Assembly (NCBI GenBank): GCA_046290225.1
Contig: JBKAGE010000044.1
Coordinates: 34,431 to 98,430 of the forward strand
Direction: 5' to 3'
Source of the DNA: Bradymonadia bacterium
GTDB taxonomy: Bacteria > Myxococcota_A > Bradymonadia > UBA7976 > UBA1532
Length of the DNA stretch: 64,000 nt
A program made the position numbers and the translations under genes. The notes under the pieces were generated by a model, which searched no databases, had not been told where the DNA came from, and worked only from the letters and a program-made list of their open reading frames with translations. Positions 38,662 to 52,500 of the stretch are shown one piece after another (within the stretch, counting starts at the first letter, position 1; every line of letters starts with the position of its first letter).

Positions 38662-40377
38662 ATGGCGCGCTCCAGCCTCTTCACCGTTGCTTTTGCCCCT
38701 GTCGTATTGCTGACGCTGGCGCCCCTCGGCGACGCAGCAGCCCAGCGCGGCAACCGCCCGCCCATGATCCGGCTGCCTGCTCGCACCGAGATCCCCGAGG
38801 GCATGCCCTGGAGCGGCCGTATCTCGGCCCCGGATCCAGAGGGATCTCCGGTGACCATCTCGGTGAGCGGCCTGCCTCCAGGGGCCCGGTGGTTGCCTCA
38901 CGAAGGCCGCGTCACCTTCACCCCGGACTTCATCCAAGGCGGCTACACGTGGCCTGTCACGGTCACCGCCAGCGATGGGCAGGCTGTTTCCGAAGGGCGC
39001 TTCAACCTCACCGTCTTCGACACCCTCAAGCCCCCTGAGCCTCGGGTGCTCAGCGAAGAGCGCGTGGGCAGCTGCACGGTGCTCAAGATGCACCAGATCA
39101 CCGACGTGTTCCTCGACGAAGAGCGCAAGGCTGGCCGTGGCATCCCTGCGGCGGTGGCGATCCCCAACCGCCGTGGACCTCATCCGGTGAAGATCACCCT
39201 GCACGGCTTCGGTGGTGGTCCGAGGGCCCGCTGTGACGGACGCTCCATCGTCATCGCACCGTACGATCCGCAGAACAGTTACTGGTGGGGGCACGGTCAG
39301 CATGCCCTCGGTGGGGTCGGCGCCCCGGATTACACCGCCCGCCGTGTGTTGCACCTGTTGGAGTGGGTGCTCAAGAACGTCGATGGTGCAGATCCTCAGC
39401 GGGTGTATGTGAGCGGGCACTCCATGGGCGGCGCAGGGGCTGCCACCATCGGGCTGCTGCACAGCCGACATTTTGCATGGATACATGCCCGCGAAGGTCA
39501 GAGCGTGCCCCGGAACCACCGCCCGAGCCGTCTGATGCAACTGAAAGCGCTTTGGGGCCCCATCGTGCCCGACGCCCGGAAGCGCCATGGCATCTGGGAT
39601 CACATGGATCTCACCCGCATAGTCACTGAGCAGCCCGATGCCCGTGATCAGTTCATCAGTCTCGAGCATGGCAAAGATGATCCAGTGATTCACTTTGGCG
39701 CAGCTGTGCAGCCCAGCCCACTCACGGGTCTCAACCTGTATCAAGCCCTACAAAAGCATCACGTGGGACACTTCGCCAGCTGGGACGAGGGCGGTCATGG
39801 TCCGCCGGATCCCATTTTGGGTCACCGTTGGTGGACCGAGGGCTGGCACCCGATCTTCGACGAGGTGACGTTTCTACGGCGCGATCTGGCGTTCCCAGCT
39901 TTCTCTGGTTTCAGCCTCGACGGAAACCCTGGGGGATTCGTGGGCAACGGCACCCTGCTCTGGCACGAAGAGACGGGCTATGCCGGCGATCACACCACCG
40001 CCGGTGACACAGGCTGGGAAGGCGACATCGCCGGCGCGCTGAACCGCTTCCTCCGCTGGGACGCCACCACCATCGTCGACACCCCCGACCGCTTCGAGAT
40101 CGCCTTCAAGCTCGTCGACGGGCGTGGTGGCCCTGCGCCGCGATCGGGCTACCCTACGACGGGCGATCGACTGCCCGAGCCCAAGTCGGGCACAGTGAGT
40201 GTCACCCCCCGCCGCGTGCAGGCATTCCTCTGCACCCCTGGTGAGAAGGTGAGATGGCGTCTGCAAGGGGACTCAAAGGCCTCCGGGCACGTCACAGCAG
40301 GTGACGATGGCAGCATTACGGTTCCAGATTTACCGGTGAACACTCAGTGGCAACGGCTCGTGCTCTCTCGACGCTGA
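38662..40377 (+). CDS. Secreted Ig-like domain plus alpha/beta hydrolase
   Basis: NRPP..DPEG..GLPPGA Ig domain; LHGFG, GHSMG, HGKDD, GGHG catalytic motifs. Confidence 0.82.
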   Translation: MARSSLFTVAFAPVVLLTLAPLGDAAAQRGNRPPMIRLPARTEIPEGMPWSGRISAPDPEGSPVTISVSGLPPGARWLPHEGRVTFTPDFIQGGYTWPVTVTASDGQAVSEGRFNLTVFDTLKPPEPRVLSEERVGSCTVLKMHQITDVFLDEERKAGRGIPAAVAIPNRRGPHPVKITLHGFGGGPRARCDGRSIVIAPYDPQNSYWWGHGQHALGGVGAPDYTARRVLHLLEWVLKNVDGADPQRVYVSGHSMGGAGAATIGLLHSRHFAWIHAREGQSVPRNHRPSRLMQLKALWGPIVPDARKRHGIWDHMDLTRIVTEQPDARDQFISLEHGKDDPVIHFGAAVQPSPLTGLNLYQALQKHHVGHFASWDEGGHGPPDPILGHRWWTEGWHPIFDEVTFLRRDLAFPAFSGFSLDGNPGGFVGNGTLLWHEETGYAGDHTTAGDTGWEGDIAGALNRFLRWDATTIVDTPDRFEIAFKLVDGRGGPAPRSGYPTTGDRLPEPKSGTVSVTPRRVQAFLCTPGEKVRWRLQGDSKASGHVTAGDDGSITVPDLPVNTQWQRLVLSRR

Positions 40378-40542
40378 TTACACACCTGCAGCAAACAACA
40401 AACACACCTTTGTATCGTCAAGTCTGATTGCTGCATTTTCCATGGCGGATCGACACATCTGCCGATAGCATGTATGGCTAAGTCTGTTTCGTTCGCACAT
40501 CGATGACTTCACCCATAGCTGTGGGTGAAGAGGACCTGCTGT

Positions 40543-43500
40543 ATGCGCAATCTTCACCTCCTCGCCTTGTCCAGCCTGGGCTTGGGACTCGCCATCACCG
40601 CCCTCCCAACGGCCGCATCTGCAGAGCATCGCTGTGCAGTGTTGAGCGATGGCAGCGTCAAATGCTGGGGCAACAACGGCAATGGCCAGCTCGGTCAGGG
40701 CGACACCTCCAACCGCGGCATCTATGCGCCAGAGACCTATGGGGCACTCCCAGGTATCTCGCTCGATGGCCAAGCCACGGCGATCTCCACCGGTGGAGAT
40801 CACGCCTGCGCAGTGTTGGACGATGGCAGCGTCAAATGCTGGGGGCTCAACAACTACGGCCAGCTCGGTCAGGGTGACACCTCATATCGTGGGGATCACG
40901 CCAACGAGATGGGGGCCAACCTCGCGCCCATCTCTCTCGGTGCCGGCGCTGCAGCGGTGGACGTCACCGGCGGCGCCCAGCACACCTGTGCCACCCGTGC
41001 CGACGGCAGCGTCAAATGCTGGGGCCGCAACGACTATGGCCAGCTCGGCCTTGGCCACACCACCCGCACCGGCGATCACGCCAACGAGATGGGCGACAAC
41101 CTCGCACACATCGACTTCGGTGATGGCCGCTCGGCGGTCTCGGTGTTCTCCAGCGCCGAGAGTGACTTCAGCTGTGCGATCCTGAACGACGGCGCCGTGA
41201 AGTGCTGGGGCTACAACTCCAATGGCCAGCTCGGCCAGGGTGATACCCAGAACCGCGGCTGGCGGCCCCCGGAGATGGGCGGCGATCTCACCGCCATCGA
41301 TCTCGATGGAGACGCCACTCAGGTGTCTACTGGTGAGCACCATGTCTGCGCCCTGCTCGATGACGGCAGCGTCAAGTGCTGGGGCCGCAACAACTATGGC
41401 CAGCTCGGTCAATCGGACACAGCTCAGCGGGGCGATCACGCCAACGAGATGGGCGCAGCGCTCGATGGCGTCGATCTCGGTACCAACCGTACGGCCACTG
41501 ATGTCGCCACAGGTGCCCAGCACAACTGTGTCCTGCTCGACGACAACAGCATCAAATGTTGGGGCCGCAACGACTATGGTCAGCTCGGCCTCGGCCACAC
41601 GACTCGCCTCGGCGATCACGCCAATGAGATGGGTGACAACCTCGGCACCGTGAACCTCGGCACGGGCTATACCGCCGCTGACGTCGACGCCAACAACCAG
41701 ACCGCATGCGCGATCCTGAACAATGGCGACGTGAAGTGCTGGGGCTACAACGCCAATGGCCAGCTCGGCCAGGGTGACACCCACAACCGTGGCAACATCG
41801 CCCCCGAGATGGGCGGTGACCTGCCCGATACGGTGCCTGATGGCTCGCAGGCTGTGGCTCAGGCCGACGCGGGCCTCTTCTCCATGTGCGCCCGCCTCGC
41901 TGACGGCAGCGTGAGATGCTGGGGCCGCAACAACTATGGCCAGCTCGGCTATGGCGACACCACCCAACGGGGTGATCATGCCGGTGAGATGAGCGGCCTC
42001 GGCAACGTGGATCTCGGCACAGGTCGCACTGCCACTGACATCACCAGCGCCGACTACCATGCCTGTGCGGTGTTGGATCATGGCGGCATCAAGTGCTGGG
42101 GCCGCAATGACTATGGTCAGCTCGGCATCGGCAGCACCACCCGCCTCGGCGATCACGCCAACGAGATGGGTGACAACCTGCCCACCATCAACCTCGGCAC
42201 TGGCTACACCGCCGCTGACGTGGTGAGCAACGGCAACACCAGCTGCGCGATCCTGAACACAGGCGAGGTGAAGTGCTGGGGTTACAACTCCAATGGCCAG
42301 CTCGGCCAGGGCGACACCCACAACCGCGGCATCATCCCCCCGGAGATGGGTGGTGATCTGCCTGACGTGGAGATCACCCCCGGACTGGAGACCACCCAGC
42401 TCTCTGGTGGTGACAACTACACCTGCGCCCTGCTCGAAGACGGCACGGTGAAGTGCTGGGGTCGCAACAACTACGGCCAGCTCGGCTACGGCGACACCAC
42501 CCAACGGGGTGATCACGCCGGCGAGATGAGCGGCCTCAACCCTGTGGACCTCGGCACGGGCGCTCTGGCCTCGGCCCTCGGCAACGGCGGCCAGCACAGC
42601 TGCGCTCTCCTCAACAATGGCAGCATCAAATGCTGGGGCCGCAATGATTATGGTCAGCTCGGCATCGGCAGCACCACCCGCCTGGGCGATCACGCCAACG
42701 AGATGGGCGACAACCTGCCCACCATCAATCTCGGCACTGGCTACACCGCAGCCGCCATCGCCTCGGGCAACCAGAGCAACTGCGCGATCCTGAACAATGG
42801 CGATGTGAAGTGTTGGGGCTACAACGCCAATGGCCAGCTCGGCCAGGGCGATACCCACAACCGTGGCAACACCCCCGAAGAGATGGGTGGCCAGCTGACC
42901 GACATCGACGTGGGCACGGGCCTCACGCTGCTCAAGGCAGCCGGCGGACTTCATCACACCTGTGGTCTCACCGCTGGTGGTGAGGTGAAGTGCTGGGGCC
43001 GCAACAGCAACGGCGCCCTCGGCCTCGGTGACACCTCACATCGCGGGGATCACGCCAACGAGATGGGCGACGCCTTGGACCCTGTCGATCTCGGCACGGG
43101 GCTCACCGCCACCGACATCGCAACGGGCAACTATCACGGCTGCGCGGTGCTCAACACGGGTGACGTAAAGTGCTGGGGCTACAACGGCCTGGGCCAGCTC
43201 GGCATCGGCAACACCACCAATCAGGGTGATCATCTCAACGAGCTGGGCGACAACCAGCCCACCGTCAACCTCGGCACTGGCTACACCGCCACCTCCATCG
43301 ATGCCCAGGAGGATACGAGCTGTGCACTCTTGAACGACGGCTCGGTGAAGTGCTGGGGCTCCAACAGCTACGGGCAGCTGGGCCAGGGCGACAGCATCAA
43401 CCGTGGCACCATCTCCCCTGAGATGGGTGGCGAGCTGCCTGACGTCGCTTTGGGCACGAACCTGGCGCTGACCAAGGCGGTGGCGGGGCAGGATCACACC

Positions 43501-46500
43501 TGCGGCCTGACGGAAGACGGCGAAATCAAGTGCTGGGGCCGCAACACTCACGGCGTGCTCGGCCTCGGTGACACCTCTCATCGCGGCGACCACGCCAACG
43601 AGATGGGCGATGCCCTGGACCCTGTGGACCTCGGCACCGGCCGCACCGCCACTGACGTTGCCACGGGCGGCTACCATGGTTGCGCCATCCTCGACACCGG
43701 CGACGTGAAGTGTTGGGGCTACAACGGACTTGGCAACCTCGGCATCGGCAACACCACCAATCAAGGTGATCATCTCAACGAACTCGGTGACAACCTGCCC
43801 GCCGTCAACCTTGGCACTGGCTACACAGCCACCTCCATCGACGCCAAAGAGAGCACCACCTGCGCCATCCTCAACACTGGTGACGTCAAGTGCTGGGGCT
43901 CCAACAGCAATGGCCAGCTCGGTCAGGGTGACACCCTCAGCCGCGGCACGGTCACAGAAGAGATGGGCGGCAAGCTCCCCGATGTCGTTTTGGGGACGAA
44001 CGTGGCGCTGACCAAAGCGGTTGCGGGTCAGGATCACACCTGCGGTCTGACAGAAGACGGCGAGATCAAATGCTGGGGGCGCAACACTCACGGCGTACTC
44101 GGCCTCGGCGACACCTCCCATCGTGGTGACCACCCCAACGAGATGGGCGATGCCCTGGACCCTGTGGACCTCGGCACCGGCCGCACCGCCACTGACGTCG
44201 CCACGGGCGGCTACCATGGCTGCGCCATCCTCGACACCGGCGATGTCAAATGCTGGGGCTACAACGGACTCGGCAACCTCGGCATCGGCAACACCACAAA
44301 CCAGGGTGATCACCCCAACGAGCTCGGTGACAACCAGCCCGTCGTGAACCTCGGCACCGGCTACACAGCCACCTCCATCGACGCCAAAGAGAGCACCACC
44401 TGTGCGATCTTGAACGACGGCTCTGTGAAGTGCTGGGGTGCCAACGACTACGGGCAGCTGGGTCAGGGCGACACGCTCAGTCGCGGCACCATCGCCTCCG
44501 AGATGGGCGGTGCTCTGCCCGATGTCGCTTTGGGGACGAACGTAGCGCTGACCAAGGCGGTTGCGGGTCAGGATCACACCTGCGGCCTGACGGAAGACGG
44601 CGAAATCAAGTGCTGGGGCCGCAACACTCACGGCGTGCTCGGCCTCGGCGACACCTCCCATCGTGGTGACCACGCCAACGAGATGGGTGATGCCCTGGAC
44701 CCTGTGGACCTCGGCACCGGCCGCACCGCCACTGACGTTGCCACGGGCGGCTACCACGGTTGCGCCATCCTCGACACCGGCGACGTGAAGTGTTGGGGCT
44801 ACAACGGACTTGGCAACCTCGGCATCGGCAACACCACCAATCAAGGTGATCATCTCAACGAACTCGGTGACAACCTGCCCGCCGTCAACCTTGGCACTGG
44901 CTACACAGCCACCTCCATCGACGCCAAAGAGAGCACCACCTGCGCCATCCTCAACACTGGTGACGTCAAGTGCTGGGGCTCCAACAGCAATGGCCAGCTC
45001 GGTCAGGGCGACGCCATCAGCCGCGGCACCATCACCCCCGAGATGGGTGGTGCTCTGTCCAACATCGATCTCGGCCCTGGGCTGACCGTCACCAAGGCCG
45101 TCTCGGGCACAGGTCACACGTGCGCTCAGTTGAGCGACGGGGTCGATACGGGCATCGTGAAGTGCTGGGGCCGCAACAGCTATGGCAACCTCGGCCTCGG
45201 TGACACCGCGCACCGTGGGGATCACGCCAACGAGATGGGCGCCCCCCTGCCCGCTGTCGATCTCGGCACGGGCCGGAGCGCATCGGATCTGATCTCAGGT
45301 GCACACCATACGTGCGCCGTCCTCGATGACGACACGTTGAAGTGCTGGGGGCTCAACGCCAACGGCCAGCTCGGCCAGGGCGACACCACCTACCGCGGTG
45401 ATCATGCCAACGAGATGGGCGACAACCTCACCACCATCGACCTGGGTACTCAGGGCACTCTGGCCTCGGCAGCAGCGGGTGGCTCCACCAGCTGCGCCCT
45501 GTTGAGCAATGGCGACGTGAAGTGCTGGGGCTACAATGGCTACGGCAACCTCGGCCAGGACGACACCCTCGACCGCGGCACCATCGCCCCGGAGATGGGC
45601 CGAGATTTGCTCGATGTCGATCTGAACGGTGCAGTGACCGCGCTGGCCACTGGTCAGGACTTCGCCTGTGCTCTGCTTCAGAGTGGCCAGGTCCAGTGTT
45701 GGGGCCGGAACAACTATGGCCAGCTCGGCCTCGGTGACACCTCGCATCGTGGCGATCATGCCAATGAGATGGGCGTGGCGCTGCCCACAGTCGACCTCGG
45801 CACTGGGCGCTCTGCTCAGCAAATCGCCGCCGGTGACTTCCACACTTGTGCGATCCTCGACGACGGTACGCTGAAGTGCTGGGGCCTCAACAACTATGGT
45901 CAGCTCGGCCAGGGCGACACCACCTACCGCGGTGATCACGCCAACGAGATGGGCGACAACCTCTCCGCCATCGACCTGGGTGCTGGTCGCTCCGCCGTGG
46001 CTGTCACGGTGGGCGCCAGCCACACGTGTGCCCTGCTCGATGACGACACGGTGAAATGCTGGGGCTACAACGGCTATGGCAACCTCGGCTATGGCGACAC
46101 CGCCAGCCGCGGTGACGCCGCCAACGAGATGGGCGACAACCTCGCCGCCATCGATCTCGGCGATGGCGCCCAAGCCATCTCTGCCAGCACGCATCACACC
46201 TGCGCCCTGCTGAACAGCGGCGCGGTGAAGTGCTGGGGTCGCAACAACAATGGGCAGCTCGGCGTCGGCAACACCACCCAATACGGTGACGGCGCCAACG
46301 AAATGGGCGCCAACCTGCCTGCCGTCAACCTCGGCACCGGCCTCACCGCCCAGCAGATCACCACTGGCTTGCATTACACCTGCGCTCTGTTGAGCGACGA
46401 CAACGTGAAGTGTTGGGGTCGCAACAACTATGGCCAGCTCGGTGTCGGCCACACCAGCGCTCGAGGCACCAGCGGCGGCCACATGGGCGACAACCTCGCC

Positions 46501-49500
46501 TACGTCGACCTCGGTGCAGGTGCAACGGTCAGCGACATCAGCGCCACCCACGATCACACCTGCGCCACCCTCACCAATGGCGACGTAAAATGCTGGGGCT
46601 ACAACGCCAACGGTCAGCTCGGCGTGCTCAGCACCGACAACCGCGGTGATGCAGCAAACGAGATGGGTGATCTTCTCCCAGCAGCGCGCGTGGCCCCCGG
46701 CTTGAACCTCACGTCGGCTTCAGCCGGTGGTCGATTCAGCTGTGGCATCACCCAGGCAGGGGCTGTGAAGTGTTGGGGCTACAACGGCTACGGCAACCTC
46801 GGCTATGGCGACACCACTCAACGTGGTGATGTGACCGGCGGCCTCGGTGACGACACGCCCCCCATCCTCTTGGGACAGGCAGCCACGCAACTCTCTGTCG
46901 GCCAGCATCACACCTGCGCCCTGCTCGACGACGGCTCAGCAAAGTGCTGGGGCCGCAACAACTACGGCCAGCTCGGTGTCGGCAACACCACTCAGTACGG
47001 TGACAGCCGCGGTGAAATGGCCAGTCTGCCCACCATCAGCGTCGGCACGGGTCGTACCGTCGCCGAGATAGGCGTCGGCCATCATCACACGTGTGCGCTG
47101 CTGGACAATGGCGGTGTGAAGTGCTGGGGCCGTAATGACTTTGGCCAGCTCGGTGTGAGTCACAGCAGCGCCCGAGGCTCCAGCAGCAGTCACATGGGTG
47201 ACAACCTCGCTTACGTTGACCTCGGCACGGGCCGCACCGCCACTGACATCGAGGTGGGCAACCATCACACCTGCGCCGTGCTCGACAACGGCCGCACCAA
47301 GTGCTGGGGCTACAACAACAATGGCCAGCTCGGTGTACTCAGCACCGACAACCGCGGTGACGCCGCCAACGAGATGGGTGATCTCTTGCCTGAGGTCAGC
47401 CTGCTCTACACGCAGGGCGTATCGCAGGTCACCACAGGCGATCTGCACAGCTGCGCTGTCTTCTCAGGAGGCCAGATGCAGTGCTGGGGCTACAACGGCT
47501 ATGGCCAGCTCGGGCAGAACGACACCACGCAGCGTGGCGATGTCACTGGCGGCCTGGGCGACGACACACCCCCCATCCTCCTCGGTCAGGCTGCAACTCA
47601 GGTCTCAGTGGGCACGTATCACGCATGCGCGGTGCTGGCAGACGGCTCAGCGAAGTGCTGGGGCTACAACGGCTACGGCAACCTCGGCGTCGGCAACACG
47701 ACTCAGTATGGTGACAGCCGCGGCGAGATGGCCGCCCTGCCCACCATCAACCTTGGCGCTGGTCGTACAGTCACTGAGATCGACCTCGGCCATCATCACA
47801 CGTGCGCACTGCTCGACAATGGCGGTGTGAAGTGCTGGGGTCGCAATGACTTTGGCCAGCTCGGTGTCGGTCACACCAGCACCCGAGGCTCCAGCAACAG
47901 CCATATGGGCGACAACCTTGCCTACGTCGACCTCGGTACGGGGCGCACCGCTGTCGACATCGAGGTGGGCGGTCACCATGCTTGCGCCACCTTGGACAAC
48001 GGCCGCACCAAGTGCTGGGGCCGCAACAGCAACGGTCAGCTCGGCGTGCTCAGCACCGACAACCGCGGTGATGCAGCAAACGAGATGGGTGATCTCCTGC
48101 CTGAGGTGAACCTGCTCTACACGCGGAACGTGATTCAGTCTGTTTCGGGCATCAATCACAGCTGCGCCGTCTTCGCTGATGGTCAGATTCAGTGCTGGGG
48201 CTACAACGGCTACGGCCAGCTTGGCCAGAACAACACCACACAGCTCGGCGATGTCACAGGCGGTATGGGCGACGATACGCCCCCCATCCTCCTTGGTCAG
48301 GCCGCTACGCAGGTCTCTGTGGGCACGTATCACGCATGCGCGGTGCTGGCAGACGGCTCAGCGAAGTGCTGGGGCTACAACGGCTACGGCAACCTCGGCA
48401 CCGGCAACACCACTCAATACGGTGACAGCCGCGGCGAGATGGCCGCCCTGCCCACCATCAACCTCGGCGCCGGCCTCACTGTTGCCGAAATCGGCGCAGG
48501 CCATCATCACACATGTGCACTGCTCAACAATGGCGGGGTGAAGTGCTGGGGCCGCAACGACTTCGGCCAGCTCGGCCAGGGCAACACCAGCACCCGTGGC
48601 GACAGCATCAGCGAGATGGGCGACAACCTCGCCTATGTCGATCTTGGCACTGGCCGTACCGCTGTCGACATCGAGGTGGGCGGTCACCATGCTTGCGCCA
48701 CCTTGGACAACGGCCGCACCAAGTGCTGGGGCCGCAACAACCATGGCCAGCTTGGCGTGCTCAGCACCGACAACCGCGGTGACGCCGCCAACGAGATGGG
48801 CGATCTCCTGCCTGAGGTCAATCTGCTCTACACGCGGAACGTGATTCAGTCTGTTTCGGGCATCAATCACAGCTGCGCAGTCTTCGCTGATGGTCAGATT
48901 CAGTGTTGGGGCTACAATGGCTACGGCCAGCTCGGCCAGGAAGACACCCAAGCACGTGGTGATGTCACTGGCGGTATGGGCGACGACACGCCCCCCATCC
49001 TCCTGGGTCAGGCAGCCACGCAGGTCTCAGTGGGTACGTATCACGCGTGCGCGGTGCTGGCAGACGGCTCGGCAAAGTGCTGGGGCTACAACGGCTACGG
49101 CAACCTCGGCACTGGTAACACCACTCAATACGGTGACAGCCGCGGTGAGATGGCCGCCCTGCCCACCATCAACCTCGGCGCCGGCCTCACTGTCTCTGAG
49201 ATCGGTGCAGGGGTACATCACACGTGTGCGCTGCTCAACAACGGTGGGGTGAAGTGCTGGGGCCGAAACGATTATGGCCAGCTCGGTGTGAGTCACAGCA
49301 GCACTCGAGGCTCCAGCAGCAGTCACATGGGTGACAACCTCGCCTATGTCGACCTTGGCACCGGACGTACCGCCACCGACATCGAGGTGGGCGGTCACCA
49401 TGCTTGCGCTACTTTGGATAACGGCCGCACCAAGTGCTGGGGCCGTAACAACCATGGCCAGCTTGGCGTGCTCAGCACCGACAACCGCGGTGACGCCGCC

Positions 49501-52500
49501 AACGAGATGGGCGATCTCCTGCCTGAGGTCAATCTGCTCTACACGCGGAACGTGATTCAGTCTGTTTCGGGCATCAATCACAGCTGCGCCGTCTTCGACG
49601 ATGGTCAGATTCAGTGCTGGGGCTACAACGGCTACGGCCAGCTCGGCCAGAGCGACACTCAAACACGTGGCGATGTCACTGGTGGTATGGGCGACGACAC
49701 GCCTCCCATCCTCCTTGGTCAGGCCGCTACGCAGGTCTCCGTCGGCAACTACCATGTGTGTGCAGTGCTGGCGGATGGCTCGGCGAAGTGCTGGGGTTAC
49801 AATGGCTACGGTAACCTCGGCGTCGGCAACACGACTCAGTATGGTGACAGCCGCGGCGAAATGGCCGCCCTGCCCACCATCAATCTCGGCGCCGGCCGCA
49901 CTGTCTCTGAGATCGGCACAGGCATCCATCACACGTGCGCGCTGCTGGACAATGGCGGTGTGAAGTGCTGGGGCCGTAACAACTATGGCCAGCTCGGCCA
50001 GGGGAACACCAGCCAGCGCGGCGACAGCATCAGCGAGATGGGCGACAACCTCGCCTATGTCGATCTCGGCGCGGGCCGTACCGCCACCGACATCGAGGTG
50101 GGCGGTCATCATGCCTGCGCAGTGCTCGACAACGGACGCACCAAGTGCTGGGGCCGCAACAACACTGGCCAGCTTGGCGTGCTCGGCACCGACAACCGCG
50201 GTGACGCAGCCAACGAGATGGGTGATCTCCTGCCTGAGGTCAACCTGCTCTACACCCGTAACGTCACGCACACCATCACGGGCACGAACCACAGCTGTGC
50301 CCTCTTCACTGATGGCCAGATGCAGTGCTGGGGCTACAACGGCTATGGCCAGCTCGGCACCGAGAGCACAACACAGATCGGCGATGTCACGGGTGGCATG
50401 GGCGATGACACGGCGCCGGTCATCCTGGGGCAAGCGGCGACGCAGGTGTCGGTGGGCGATCATCACACGTGCGCGGTGTTGGCTGACGGCTCAGCGAAGT
50501 GCTGGGGCTACAACGGCTATGGCCAGCTCGGCCAGGGCAACTCGACGCAGTACGGTGACAACCCTGGCGAGATGGCCAGCCTCACACCCATCAGCCTCGG
50601 CGCGGGCCGCACCGTCACCCAGATCGGCGCCGGGCAGTATCACACCTGCGCTTTGCTCGATAACGGCCGCGTGAAGTGCTTCGGCTACAACAACGTCGGC
50701 CAGCTTGGCTACGGCTACACCAGCAACCGTGGCACCAGCCACAGCCACCTGGGTGACAACCTCGCCTATGTCGACCTCGGCAATGACGCCAATGGTGATC
50801 CGTTGCTCGCCACGCAGATCTCGGTGGTGAACGATCACAGCTGCGCCCGACTCAGCACCGGCCGGGTGAAGTGCTGGGGCCGCAACAGCAACGGTCAGCT
50901 CGGCGTGCTCAGCACCGCTCACCGCGGCGACAACAGCAACGAGATGGGTGATCTCCTGCCCGAGGTCAGCCTGCTCTACGATCGGCCAGTGGCGGCGGTC
51001 ACAGCCTTTGGCCACCAGGCCTGCGCCCTGCTCGCTGACGGCGCGGTGCAGTGCTGGGGCTACAACGGCTATGGCCAGCTCGGATATGACGACACTCAGC
51101 GGCGCGGTGATGTCACCGGCGGCATCGGCGACGACACACCCCCGATCTTCCTGGGTACGGGCCGCACCGCTACGCAGGTGTCGGTGGGTGCGCTCCACGC
51201 CTGTGCCGTGCTCGACGACCAGACTTTGAAGTGTTGGGGCTACAATGGCTATGGCCAGCTCGGCCTGGGCAACACCACTCAGTACGGTGACAACCCCGGC
51301 GAGATGGTCAGCCTCAACACCGTCAACCTCGGCACCCAGGGCTTCCCGGTTCAGGTGGGTACCGGTGACAACCACAGCTGCGCCCGCCTCAACACCGGCC
51401 GCATCAAGTGCTGGGGTCGCAACAACTACGGCCAGCTGGGTCAGGGGAACACCAGCCAGCGCGGCGACAGCATCAGCGAGATGGGCGACAACCTCGCCTT
51501 CACCGACCTGGGCACTGACGGCAACGGCGATCCGCTCACAGCCACGCACCTCGACGTGGGCCCCAACCACGCCTGCGCCACCCTCACCACGGGCCGCATC
51601 AAGTGCTGGGGCCGTAACAACACGGGTCAGCTGGGCGTTCAGGCCACCGACAGCCGCGGTGATTCAGCCAACGAGATGGGCAACCTGCTGCCTGAGGTCA
51701 ACCTGCTCACCGATCGAGCAGCGGTCTCCACCCTGGCCGGTGGCAACTACACCTGCGCCCATCTCGAAGATGGTGCCCTCAAGTGCTGGGGCTACAACGG
51801 CTACGGCAACCTCGGCCTCGAGAACACTGTGCAGCGCGGCGATGCCACGGGCGGTATGGGCGACGACACGGCGCCGATCATCCTGGGGCAGGCAGCGACG
51901 CAGGTGTCGGTGGGGGATCATCACACGTGCGCGGTGCTGGCAGACGGCTCGGCGAAGTGCTGGGGCTACAACGGCTACGGCCAGCTCGGCCAGGGCAACT
52001 CGACGCAGTACGGCGACAACCCTGGCGAGATGGCCAACCTTTCGGCCATCAACCTCGGCGCGGGCCGCACCGTCACTCAGATCGGCGCCGGGCAGTATCA
52101 CACCTGTGCTTTGCTCGATAACGGCCGCGTGAAGTGCTTCGGCTACAACAACGTCGGCCAGCTTGGCTACGGCTACACCAGTAATCGCGGCACCAGCAGC
52201 AGCCACATGGGCGACAATCTCGCCTACGTCGACCTCGGCAATGATGCCCTTGGAGATCCGCTCACAGCTCTGAGCATCGACGTGGATTACGATCACACCT
52301 GTGCACAGCTCGCCAACGACACTGTTCGGTGCTGGGGTCGTAACAGCAACGGCCAGCTCGGCGCCCTCGACACCGCCCACCGCGGAGACAACAGCAACGA
52401 GATGGGCGACAACCTGCGCCCCACGCAGATCCCTGCAGGGGTGGCCGCGCTCTCCATGGGCGGCTCTTCCAGCTGCGCCCTCTATGCCGACGGCGCCGTG

